Shown one piece after another: positions 1 through 7,855 of a stretch of 32,000 nt of DNA. The DNA is from Aciduliprofundum boonei T469. Its GTDB lineage: Archaea; Thermoplasmatota; Thermoplasmata; Thermoplasmatales; Aciduliprofundaceae. The notes under the pieces are model-generated. The model ran no database searches, was not told the origin of the DNA, and saw nothing but the letters and a program-made list of their open reading frames with translations. The position numbers and the translations under genes were made by a program. How positions within the stretch are numbered: the first letter of the stretch is position 1; every line of letters begins with the position of its first letter. Where the stretch lies: positions 720,001 to 752,000 of the forward strand of contig NC_013926.1 in NCBI RefSeq assembly GCF_000025665.1, read 5' to 3'.

Positions 1-459
1 AAAATTGTTAGGAATTTCCGTCAAAGATTTCCCGAGATGACTCTGTCCACTGATATAATTGTTGGATTTCCTGGAGAGAATGATGAGAGCTTTGAAAATA
101 CGATGAAATTGATAAAAGAAATTAAACCTGAGATTCTCAATATAACCAGATTCTCCCCAAGGCCCAAAACTCCTGCTTATAAATGGAAAAGGCCAAGCAC
201 GAATAAAGTTAAAGAATGGTCTCAGAAATTAGCTGCACTGCATATGGAAAATATGCATAAAAGGTTTGAGAGTATGCTTGGAAAGGAATTTAAGGTTATA
301 GTTCCATCTAGGGGAAAGAGGGGCAAATACCTTGCAAGAAGCCAAAATTATGAACCTGTGGTGCTGGATAATGCGGTGATTGGCAGAGAGTATATAATTC
401 GGATAACTCACTACGAGAAAAGCCATCTGGTGGGAAAAATATTGGAAAATGAAGCATAA
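1..459 (+). CDS. MiaB/CDKAL1-like radical-SAM tRNA methylthiotransferase, C-terminal part (5' end lies outside the window)
   Basis: Frame 1 is open from base 1 (KIVRNFRQRFPEMTLSTDIIVGFPGENDESF...). The STDIIVGFPGE motif and a C-terminal TRAM-like segment (GKEFKVIV...G..LARSQNYEPVVL) are typical of this family. Confidence 0.75.
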   Translation, partial: KIVRNFRQRFPEMTLSTDIIVGFPGENDESFENTMKLIKEIKPEILNITRFSPRPKTPAYKWKRPSTNKVKEWSQKLAALHMENMHKRFESMLGKEFKVIVPSRGKRGKYLARSQNYEPVVLDNAVIGREYIIRITHYEKSHLVGKILENEA

Positions 460-515
460 TTGAGGAAAAATTTTTATTCATTGAAATTCTTACCCTCTTA
501 TAGAGGTGGTTTAAA

Positions 516-887
516 ATGCCAAGTTTTCTGAAGAGGAGGTTAAAGCCAGAGGGTTTCGGTACACCGCAGCCAAGGAAGTATATAGATTTGAATGAGTATG
601 ATACTGGAGTTGATATAACTGCCACTGGCCCAATGGTCAGGGTGGCTGAGATTTACAGATATGAGGATTTGCGACATCTCTCCGATTTTGTGTATAACGG
701 AGATGTTTTGATATTGGATTACACATCTATAGCAAATGACGATTTGACTTTGAGACGCATAATAAGTGAGCTCAAGAGCATAGCTAAGGATGTTAACGGC
801 GATGTTGCGGGGATTGGCAAGAATTTCTTGATGGTTACTCCTACGGGAATGAAGATAAGCAGAAAGAAGATAAGGGGTACTGAATAA
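516..887 (+). CDS. sepF: SepF-like (DUF552) cell-division protein
   Basis: 123 aa. The core (VRVAEIYRYEDLRHLSDFVYNGDVLILDY...RRIISELKSIAKDVNGDVAGIGKNFLMVTP) matches the SepF fold pattern. ATG start is preceded by GAGGTGG. Confidence 0.7.
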   Translation: MPSFLKRRLKPEGFGTPQPRKYIDLNEYDTGVDITATGPMVRVAEIYRYEDLRHLSDFVYNGDVLILDYTSIANDDLTLRRIISELKSIAKDVNGDVAGIGKNFLMVTPTGMKISRKKIRGTE

Positions 888-1967
888 TTACTCTACCCTC
901 ATCAATTTATATTTTCCATACCCAACTAGTACTTTATAATATCCCCTGAATTTTTGAGCATTTTCTAAATCAATTCTCAATTTTTTCAACTCTCTTACTT
1001 TTCTCGGAGTGGCTACGATTATAATGTTTTCCTTCCCAACCTTCTCTAAAACTCTCTCACTAAATTGCTGGTTACCACGCCCGAAGATAAATCCTTGAGA
1101 ACCAATGGGCGTGATAACTATCTTTACCTTTGGATACTTATCTATCAATTTCAAAATATCATTTTCGCTTAAGTCCCTCGCAATTATTTTCCCGTTGTAG
1201 AGTCCATCCACGCCGAGAAGCGTTTTTTCCACGCCCAAAGCTTCTGCAATTTTATTAACAGTGGTTCCAGCACCTAGGAGATATAATGTGTTTCTATCCA
1301 TATTTTCCACAAAAAACTCAGCGATCCATTTTTTATCTTCCTCCTCTTCCTCATCTACATACTCGCTCTTGCTGCTTTGAATTAAATCTTCTACATAGGG
1401 AGTTTTTGCATAGGCAAATAGTTTTATTCTCAACTTATTTTTTCGGTAAGCATCTTCATCGATGTCCAGCACTTCAGAATCCATCAATTTTGTTTTTCCC
1501 TCTAAAAAATATACCACAACTTCTGCCGCTTTTTGAGGATTAACTGCAAAGATTGAAGAGTACATTTTAACGCCACTTGGCACGCCCAAAATTGGTATTT
1601 TTGAATCGGCAATCTCTACAACATCCCTTGCAGTCCCATCTCCACCTACAAAAACTATGAGCCTTGCATTTTCCTTCACAAACTCCTTTACTGCTCTCTT
1701 TGTATCCTCCGCGCTTGTGTTTTCAGGAGCATTATAAACGAGTTTGTATGGAAACTCAAATTCTTTCAAAATGTTCTCTCCCATTTTTCCAGATGCCGTA
1801 AGAAATTCAATATTCCCCTTCAAATTCTTTAAAAACTCCCTTGCCCTCTTTGCCGCTATGGGCCTTGCTCCCCGCTTTATTGCCTCATCTAAAACTCCAT
1901 CTGTGCCCTTGAGAGCCACAGCTCCACCCATTCCAGCAATTGGATTAATTACGAATCCTATCCGCAT
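888..1967 (-). CDS. ATP-NAD kinase family protein (COG3199-like)
   Basis: 359 aa with N-terminal INPIAGMGG and the VFVGGDGT motif of the NAD kinase/diacylglycerol kinase-like fold. ATG start with GAGGTGG upstream. Overlaps the ksgA 3' end by 23 nt. Confidence 0.7.
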   Translation of the reverse strand: MRIGFVINPIAGMGGAVALKGTDGVLDEAIKRGARPIAAKRAREFLKNLKGNIEFLTASGKMGENILKEFEFPYKLVYNAPENTSAEDTKRAVKEFVKENARLIVFVGGDGTARDVVEIADSKIPILGVPSGVKMYSSIFAVNPQKAAEVVVYFLEGKTKLMDSEVLDIDEDAYRKNKLRIKLFAYAKTPYVEDLIQSSKSEYVDEEEEEDKKWIAEFFVENMDRNTLYLLGAGTTVNKIAEALGVEKTLLGVDGLYNGKIIARDLSENDILKLIDKYPKVKIVITPIGSQGFIFGRGNQQFSERVLEKVGKENIIIVATPRKVRELKKLRIDLENAQKFRGYYKVLVGYGKYKLMRVE

Positions 1968-2676
1968 ACTGCACCACCTCGCATATTTCCTCTGGGCTCA
2001 GTTCTTCCACTCGCCTATCTCCGTATGGTACCTCTCCTAATATATTTCTTATCTTCTTTCTCCTTTGTTCAAAAAGTTTGCGTACAAATTCATTCAATTT
2101 ATCCTTATCGTAGCAGAATCTATCTTTTTTTGTTATTTTGACTATTGCAGAATCGACCCTTGGTACTGGCCTGAAATTGCCCCTCTTTACCCTTTTCAAT
2201 ATCCTCGCTTCACCGTTGTAGTACATCATCACACTTAACCTGCCATATCTTTTGCTCCCTGGTTTTGCAACCAAGCGTTCAGCGAATTCATATTGAAGCA
2301 TAAGTATGCCCCTCTCAAACTCGTACTCTAAAATTTTAAAGAGGAGAGGTGAGGAAATGTGATAAGGAATATTTGCTACAATCTTATTGAATTTAGGAAA
2401 ATTAACCTTTAAGGCATCTCCGCATATAAGATGCAATCTACCATCCTTTATATCATCTTGAAAAATTATGTTCAGGTATTCACACAGCGTTTTATCAATC
2501 TCAATAGCGTAAACTTCGCATTTTTCAAGAAGTTTGCCCGTTAGTATGCCCTTTCCTGGGCCTATCTCCAAAACTATATCGTTTGGCTTTATCTCTGCTT
2601 CTTTGACGATATAGTCTGCAATTTTTGGATTTATTAAGAAGTTCTGGCTGTAACGGGACATTAGCTCTAAATGCAT
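1945..2676 (-). CDS. rsmA: 16S rRNA (adenine-N6,N6)-dimethyltransferase KsgA/Dim1
   Basis: SQNFLINPKIADYIV plus the SAM motif VLEIGPGKGILT and the NIPYHISSP motif. The true start may be the second Met (MSRYSQNFL). Confidence 0.9.
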   Translation of the reverse strand: MHLELMSRYSQNFLINPKIADYIVKEAEIKPNDIVLEIGPGKGILTGKLLEKCEVYAIEIDKTLCEYLNIIFQDDIKDGRLHLICGDALKVNFPKFNKIVANIPYHISSPLLFKILEYEFERGILMLQYEFAERLVAKPGSKRYGRLSVMMYYNGEARILKRVKRGNFRPVPRVDSAIVKITKKDRFCYDKDKLNEFVRKLFEQRRKKIRNILGEVPYGDRRVEELSPEEICEVVQYADRIRN

Positions 2677-2878
2677 TTTGGATATTAAAAGAATGTCTAT
2701 ATTCTGGTGGTTGCCAGTATTATTATGGTGGTTACTATGTAATCTATTGAGGCCACCAAACCTGCAATGGCAAGGACTTTCAATATTCTTTGAAATGTTG
2801 TGGAGTTCATTAGAGAACTTAACTTCTTATGTCTTTATTAAGCTTATTCAAAAAATAGTAAGAGAAGAATAGAAATTA

Positions 2879-4111
2879 TTAAGGAGTTTTCGGTGGTTGT
2901 TGTATTTGTGTCTTCTCTTTTTTGCCTCTTGATACCTTTACAATCAATATTATAATAAGAACTATGATAACTATGGCTATTATTATTCCTCCAAGGCATG
3001 TTGTAGCTATGACATTACTCATTTGTTCTACATCCGAAGAACCGGTTTTTAAATGTGGAGTTATTGTATAGTTAACCGTGTTGTGATATTCATATGCAGT
3101 AACTTTAATATAAATTGTTCCAGATTCCCCCAAAGTTTCTGTGTTTACATATCCTTTTGTTCCGTATTTCCAGTCTACTACATTGCCGGCGGAATTATAT
3201 AAGGTAACATCTATCTCTCCACCATTGCTGGTAAATGAGACATTTAGTAATTTTCCTTTGGGAACATTTATTTTATACCAATGTGCCTCAAAAGAGCATT
3301 TTATTTCATCAGAAATTGTTTGTCCATTTGAAATCCCTTGAGCACCGGCCATAACATCTCCCGGTCTAAACTCGGCTCTTAGGGTATATCCACTATATTC
3401 CGAAAGTTTGGAATTAGCAATTCTGAGATATACAGTATAAGAAGATGTAGACTTGGCATCATAAAATGTTGTATCGCTACCCCCATTCTCTGCATATGCC
3501 GGTGAACCAATACTTTCACGATTTTTGTTATACAGTTCTAGTTCTATTTCTGAGTTACTTTTTGCTGTGAGTGTAACTAAAAGTGCCTTGTAAGGTGGAA
3601 CATTTATTTTGTACCAATGTGCTTCTAATGAACCTTTCAACATACCTGATATATTCTTGCCAGGCTCTATTTCCTGTGCGCCAGCCATAACATCTCCCGG
3701 TCTAAACTCGATTTGTATAGTATAATTACTAGATGTAAAAAAGTGAAGATTTGATATTTTGATATATACCGCATAGGAAGTGACTGATTTTCCATCATAA
3801 AATGCGTAATCTTTTTCACCATCATTTGCACTAGCATGACCCCATAATCCTACATCTTGTCTTTCATTATTATATATTTGGAGAGATACCCACGCGTTAT
3901 TTCCTGCAGTCAAAGTCACTAAGATTGCCTTATATGCTGGTACATTTACCTTATAATAGTAGTCACTAGTAACCATTCCACTATAAGTTCCCTGGCCAAT
4001 TACTTTTGCGTCATCAAAACTTGTTCCCTCTGCTGCCGCAAATATGGCAAAAAACCCAGTAAAAATCATTGCGGCAGCAATGGTGGTCACTAATATTTTA
4101 GCAGCTCTCAT
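2879..4111 (-). CDS. Secreted, C-terminally membrane-anchored protein with three PPC-like (pre-peptidase C-terminal type) beta-sandwich repeats
   Basis: 410 aa with an N-terminal signal/TM segment. Three units of about 110 aa each carry (Y/W)YK(V/I)NVP..K..L(V)..T and Y.VY(I/L). The C-terminal TM (GGIIIAIVIIVLIIILIV) is followed by a K-rich tail. GGTGAT lies upstream of the ATG. Confidence 0.8.
   Translation of the reverse strand: MRAAKILVTTIAAAMIFTGFFAIFAAAEGTSFDDAKVIGQGTYSGMVTSDYYYKVNVPAYKAILVTLTAGNNAWVSLQIYNNERQDVGLWGHASANDGEKDYAFYDGKSVTSYAVYIKISNLHFFTSSNYTIQIEFRPGDVMAGAQEIEPGKNISGMLKGSLEAHWYKINVPPYKALLVTLTAKSNSEIELELYNKNRESIGSPAYAENGGSDTTFYDAKSTSSYTVYLRIANSKLSEYSGYTLRAEFRPGDVMAGAQGISNGQTISDEIKCSFEAHWYKINVPKGKLLNVSFTSNGGEIDVTLYNSAGNVVDWKYGTKGYVNTETLGESGTIYIKVTAYEYHNTVNYTITPHLKTGSSDVEQMSNVIATTCLGGIIIAIVIIVLIIILIVKVSRGKKEKTQIQQPPKTP
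3047..4030 (-). repeat. Three tandem coding repeats of about 330 bp (PPC-like modules)
   Basis: The 27-nt string gccataacatctcccggtctaaactcg is identical at 3348-3374 and 3684-3710 (336-nt = 112-codon period). The protein junction EFRPGDVMAGAQ occurs twice. Confidence 0.75.
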
Positions 4112-4215
4112 TTAATCACCGATGAAGTATATATTTTTTAACCTATTTAATCTTTTTCTTGTAATCTTGTTTCAGTGTAATCGATTTTTATTTTAAATCC
4201 TATTAACTTGCAGAC

Positions 4216-4383
4216 ATGAAAAAAGATTTCTTTGCTTTAGCAAAAGTTACTATAAGAAAGCAGATAGCAATTCCCAAGAAGGTGCAGGATAAATTGGGTG
4301 GTGTTGAAGAAGGCGAGTACATACTTTTTTACGAAGAAAATGGTAGAATATACATAAGAAAGGGTAAAATCAAGCCCTTATAA
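4216..4383 (+). CDS. AbrB/SpoVT/MazE-type small DNA-binding protein (55 aa, below the ORF-track cutoff)
   Basis: My translation is MKKDFFALAKVTIRKQIAIPKKVQDKLGGVEEGEYILFYEENGRIYIRKGKIKPL*. The pattern (v)tI(r)kq..IPkkv...lg..eGe.l.f.e..g.i.i.k is the swapped-hairpin AbrB signature. It is divergent from the PPC-repeat gene. Confidence 0.65.
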   Translation: MKKDFFALAKVTIRKQIAIPKKVQDKLGGVEEGEYILFYEENGRIYIRKGKIKPL

Positions 4384-4440
4384 TTTATACACAAAAAAGA
4401 GAGTAAATTATGAAAATCAAAAATTTGTGACTTCTACAAA

Positions 4441-4995
4441 TTATCTTGCCACGAATATCTTGTACTTCTCGTGCCTGTGTTGGAGCTCGTAGAGAATGCG
4501 GTTCACAATGAGTTTAACAGGATGATGAGTAAGTTTTACTCTATTGCGCAGATCCTCAAAATCCTTAAAAGGACCTTTTTTTCGCTCTTCGAGTATAGCC
4601 CACATTGTTTTCTTGCCCAATCCTGGAAGAAGCTCAAGCATATGTAAGCGAGTAGTTATTGGATGTGCTTCGTTGAAGAATTTGATAAAGAACTCTTCTC
4701 GATTTTTCACTATATCCTCTAAAACATAGGGAAGTTCGCTCTTTGCTGCGTGTGTGAGTTCATCATATGCGATTCTCCTTTTCACATGCTCAATCTTCTC
4801 CCTTTTGTTCAAATCTTTTCCTATGTAGACTCTCTCTCCAATTACAATAGAGACATTTGGCTTGGGTATTAGTTCAAAAAGTTTAAATTCATTATCTCCC
4901 ACAGCTATGGCTAGTGGAGTTCTCCTAAAACTTTTTTCTTCAGCCCTACCCTGTGGTAAATAATCCAAAATATATGCATAATCTTCCAATTTCAA
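4441..4995 (-). CDS. DUF655 family putative RNA-binding protein (OB-like N-terminus plus helix-hairpin-helix)
   Basis: YAYILDYLPQG at the N-terminus and the HhH-like LELLPGLGKKTMWAILEER. Sits just downstream of rpoF, as is usual in archaea. The first codon is TTG and there is no in-frame ATG nearby. Confidence 0.8.
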   Translation of the reverse strand: MKLEDYAYILDYLPQGRAEEKSFRRTPLAIAVGDNEFKLFELIPKPNVSIVIGERVYIGKDLNKREKIEHVKRRIAYDELTHAAKSELPYVLEDIVKNREEFFIKFFNEAHPITTRLHMLELLPGLGKKTMWAILEERKKGPFKDFEDLRNRVKLTHHPVKLIVNRILYELQHRHEKYKIFVAR

Positions 4996-5001
4996 ACCCC
5001 C

Positions 5002-5316
5002 TTAGATGTACTTGGCCACAATATCCAGAATCTTCTTTATGTCTTCAGGGGGAAGAACTATTTTCTCTTTTGTATAAAGAACTCTAACCTGGTCTGGATG
5101 TATTGGTAATATATCTGCAATTTTTACAGCATGTCTCTCATCTACAAAATCAAGTTGCATAAGCTCCTCTACAAGCTTCCTGGAATCTTCAGCACTAAGT
5201 TTTGCAAATTCCTCAGCATGAGCTAATGCAGATTTTTGTAAGGAATTCAAATCTCTCTTTTCATTCTCCTCTCTAAGAATATCCTTAACCTCCGCAAGAG
5301 TGAGGTATTTAGCCAT
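5002..5316 (-). CDS. rpoF: DNA-directed RNA polymerase subunit Rpo4 (RpoF)
   Basis: 104 aa (LTLAEVKDILREE...HAVKIADILPIHPDQVRVL). TAATG overlap with the L21e stop, and GGTGA lies upstream. Confidence 0.85.
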   Translation of the reverse strand: MAKYLTLAEVKDILREENEKRDLNSLQKSALAHAEEFAKLSAEDSRKLVEELMQLDFVDERHAVKIADILPIHPDQVRVLYTKEKIVLPPEDIKKILDIVAKYI

Positions 5317-5606
5317 TACTTCACCTTCCTAAGATGTACAGGATGCACGATTAATGTCTTGTATTTTCCCCCATCTCTAATCCTAACTTTGTAAGCACGA
5401 CCCTGCATACCCACAATCTCCCCAGTATAGCCATGAAAACGGTGATGTGGGAAACCATGGTGTACGGAAGGATCTATAACTATGGAAGCTTTCTCACCAA
5501 TCTCAAATTTAGCAAGGTATCTGCGTATGGGAGCCATACCTCTCTCCCTAACCTTCTTCCTCATCTTCTTTCTCGACCTTGCCCTTGGACCATGTGACAT
5601 CTTCAT
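5316..5606 (-). CDS. rpl21e: 50S ribosomal protein L21e
   Basis: MKMSHGPRARSRKKMRK...HHRFHGYTGEIVG...AYKV is the canonical L21e sequence. Confidence 0.95.
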   Translation of the reverse strand: MKMSHGPRARSRKKMRKKVRERGMAPIRRYLAKFEIGEKASIVIDPSVHHGFPHHRFHGYTGEIVGMQGRAYKVRIRDGGKYKTLIVHPVHLRKVK

Positions 5607-5657
5607 TCATATCACCTTTATGGAGTGGGTATAAAAGATATGCCATATATAAGTTTT
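5607..5657 (-). promoter_or_regulatory. Promoter/leader of the L21e-rpoF-DUF655 unit
   Basis: The minus strand reads ...aacTTATATATggcatatcTTTTATAcccactccataaaGGTGATatgaATG, giving TATA-like boxes and an SD-like GGTGAT. The IS end lies directly upstream. Confidence 0.45.
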
Positions 5658-5665
5658 CCTTATGA
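5658..5665. repeat. Target-site duplication, left copy (CCTTATGA)
   Basis: The same 8-mer occurs at 6603-6610, immediately outside both inverted-repeat termini of the IS. Confidence 0.65.
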
Positions 5666-6602
5666 GGTTAAGTTGAATTCCTCGAAAAACATGAAAAAAG
5701 AAGAATAAAAATAAGGAAGGATTAGACATAGAGATCATAGGCAAGAACTTTGAAGAGCAGGAGTTTAGAAGCACCAGAGAAAGAATGGGAAAATATGTAA
5801 TCTCCAACAACTCTTTTGAAAGAGTGGAAGACTGATTCAATTACATTTCTATGCGAGTACTTCTTTTTCCAGTCAGGTGATTTGCTCTTTTCTAACAATC
5901 TCCTTCGCAATCCTCTTCTTGCTTTATTACGGATTGCTATGTATGGAGTTCCTCCTTTATTCAGAACAAATCGTATGTTACGTAGAGAATCATAGCCCTT
6001 ATCTGCATACACTTCTTTTACTCTCTCTTCCTCCAAAAGAGGAATGAGGTACGGTGAATCGTTAGTGTGCCATTTTGTAACTATTGCATTGGTAATGAGC
6101 TTCCTCTCAATATCCACAGCAGCATGCAATTTCAATCCTTCTCTTATTTTTCCTACTTCTCCGATTCGCTGTGTGTAGTAGTATGAACGGTAATAAATTT
6201 GAATACCTGTGGAATCCACTGCAAATTTATTGGGTATTCCCATTATTTTCACTATTTCTCTAAGCACAATGCGAATCCATCGTTCTGGTATTCTTCTCAA
6301 CTCTCTTGAAATTGTGCTTTTATGGGGGATTTTCTTCAATCTCATTACCCTCTTTATCTTTCTCATTTCTCGCACAATCTGGAGCATTCTTTCTATGCTT
6401 CCTGCATACTGCACCAGCACTATCAGCATTATGTGCTGGTGCAGAGTGTAGTCCTTCCTAGAATACTTGCTCCAGTAAAGCGGGAGTTTCGCCCTCTTCA
6501 TTGCTCTTAATCCTATCTTCACAATCTTGTATAACTCTAATTTCCTGCTCATCCTTTATTTATCTCTCCTATTTTATTTTTCTGTAGGGTTGCAACTTAC
6601 CC
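5666..6602 (-). mobile_element. IS4/IS5-superfamily insertion sequence (about 937 bp)
   Basis: Imperfect terminal inverted repeats: GGTTAAGTTGAATTCCTCGAAAAAC on the left versus the reverse complement of the right end, GGTAAGTTGCAACCCTACAGAAAAAT. Contains a single DDE transposase ORF and is flanked by 8-bp direct repeats. Confidence 0.75.
5722..6552 (-). CDS. DDE transposase (IS4/IS5 type)
   Basis: 276 aa. DDE candidates are AVDSTG, YADKGYDS and the Y-2-R-3-E-6-K signature in YSHRNVIESVFHSFK. Confidence 0.85.
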   Translation of the reverse strand: MSRKLELYKIVKIGLRAMKRAKLPLYWSKYSRKDYTLHQHIMLIVLVQYAGSIERMLQIVREMRKIKRVMRLKKIPHKSTISRELRRIPERWIRIVLREIVKIMGIPNKFAVDSTGIQIYYRSYYYTQRIGEVGKIREGLKLHAAVDIERKLITNAIVTKWHTNDSPYLIPLLEEERVKEVYADKGYDSLRNIRFVLNKGGTPYIAIRNKARRGLRRRLLEKSKSPDWKKKYSHRNVIESVFHSFKRVVGDYIFSHSFSGASKLLLFKVLAYDLYV

Positions 6603-6610
6603 CCTTATGA
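6603..6610. repeat. Target-site duplication, right copy (CCTTATGA)
   Basis: Identical to 5658-5665. It overlaps the UbiD stop codon (6605-6607). Confidence 0.65.
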
Positions 6611-7840
6611 AACCCTCTTAAACTCATCTAATTTACCTAATGGTGCTGTAGCATCTATACCAATTTTTGTAGTTAAATGCTCCTTACCATAAGAGCTTGG
6701 ATCCAAGGAACTTCCCCACACCCTCTCATATATCACAAGATCTCTATCTCCCTGGAACCTGGTAGCTATGGCAAACTCTACATCCTGCATATTGTGAATA
6801 TCTATGTCTTCATCCACTATGACCACATGCTTCAAGCTCCCGTGTCCCTTAAATGCGGCCTCTATTGCCTTCTTGCCATCCTCTTCGTCTTTTTTGCGAA
6901 TCTTCACAACTCCATGCAGCCATGAGCATCCACCGGGAGTGAGATACACATCTTGAACATCCACACCCTTATTTTTTATTTCCCTGTATATTGTCGGCTC
7001 CCGAGGCATGCCCATGAGGTTGTAATGCTCGTAGCCACCGGATAAAAGGAGGTGGAATATGGGGTTGCCTCGATGATAGAATTTCTCAAATACAACCACG
7101 GGCTGTTTTCGTACAATATCGTATGTGCCTGTAATGTCCACGAATGGCCCCTCATCCACATACTCATCTATTATTCTTCCCTCCAGCACAATTTCAGAAT
7201 TGTAGGGTACGAGAATACCATTGGGAAGACGCATAACTTCCTCCTCTCTACCGAGAGCATTTAGCTTTATGGCCGAGGATATGCGCAATTCTTCGTGCTC
7301 CGAAGATGTTGCAGCTGCAAGGAGCATATTCGGCTCGTTGCCTATTGTAACTGCTATTTTCAGTTCTTCCCCATGCTCTACAGCATCCTTATGCATTCCG
7401 TAAAGGTCCCTGGGCACCAGGCGAATGGCGGCTCTGTGCTCATCTAAGAGCATCATGCGATGGAAGGATGCATTTCTTTTTCCCCCGTATTCTGCATATA
7501 CTATCGCTGATGTGATGTATCTGCCCCCATCTTTGGGATAGTATTTTGGAAATGGAAAATATAATAATGAGAAATCCTCACTGCACATATCCAAATCAAC
7601 AATTTTGTAATCTTTTGGCTCTTCTATGCTCTTTAACAGGAGGGGAAGCATGTGCATATTAAAAAACACCTCAAATCTCCATCTCTCGCTCCAGAGATTG
7701 GCTACTGCATTGTATCCATTTATATCTTCAAAATAGAGAATTTTCTTTCGCTCCTTCTTCATCTCCTCTGCCACTTCCTCTAAGCTTAATCCCTTAAAAT
7801 TCACCACATCCCCAAAGAGTTCTATGTAATTGGCAAGCAT
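6605..7840 (-). CDS. UbiD-family (prenyl-FMN-dependent) decarboxylase
   Basis: 411 aa. GGRYITSAIVYAE...NASFHRMMLLD..AAIRLVPRDLY and GPFVDITGTYD are typical UbiD blocks. Confidence 0.85.
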   Translation of the reverse strand: MLANYIELFGDVVNFKGLSLEEVAEEMKKERKKILYFEDINGYNAVANLWSERWRFEVFFNMHMLPLLLKSIEEPKDYKIVDLDMCSEDFSLLYFPFPKYYPKDGGRYITSAIVYAEYGGKRNASFHRMMLLDEHRAAIRLVPRDLYGMHKDAVEHGEELKIAVTIGNEPNMLLAAATSSEHEELRISSAIKLNALGREEEVMRLPNGILVPYNSEIVLEGRIIDEYVDEGPFVDITGTYDIVRKQPVVVFEKFYHRGNPIFHLLLSGGYEHYNLMGMPREPTIYREIKNKGVDVQDVYLTPGGCSWLHGVVKIRKKDEEDGKKAIEAAFKGHGSLKHVVIVDEDIDIHNMQDVEFAIATRFQGDRDLVIYERVWGSSLDPSSYGKEHLTTKIGIDATAPLGKLDEFKRVS

Positions 7841-7855
7841 AGTGGCATTATGTAT

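Noticed and set aside
2678-2872. 64-aa plus-strand ORF in the ksgA/PPC-gene spacer
   Set aside because: It has a TTG start, odd Trp/Leu-rich composition and no SD or TATA. The region is better explained as a terminator plus the ksgA promoter.
4216-4383. AbrB-type gene as the antitoxin of a toxin-antitoxin pair
   Set aside because: No adjacent PIN/VapC, MazF or other toxin ORF exists on either side.
5607-5840. 77-aa minus-strand ORF between L21e and the transposase
   Set aside because: It crosses the IS terminus and overlaps the transposase 3' end out of frame. No signals support it.
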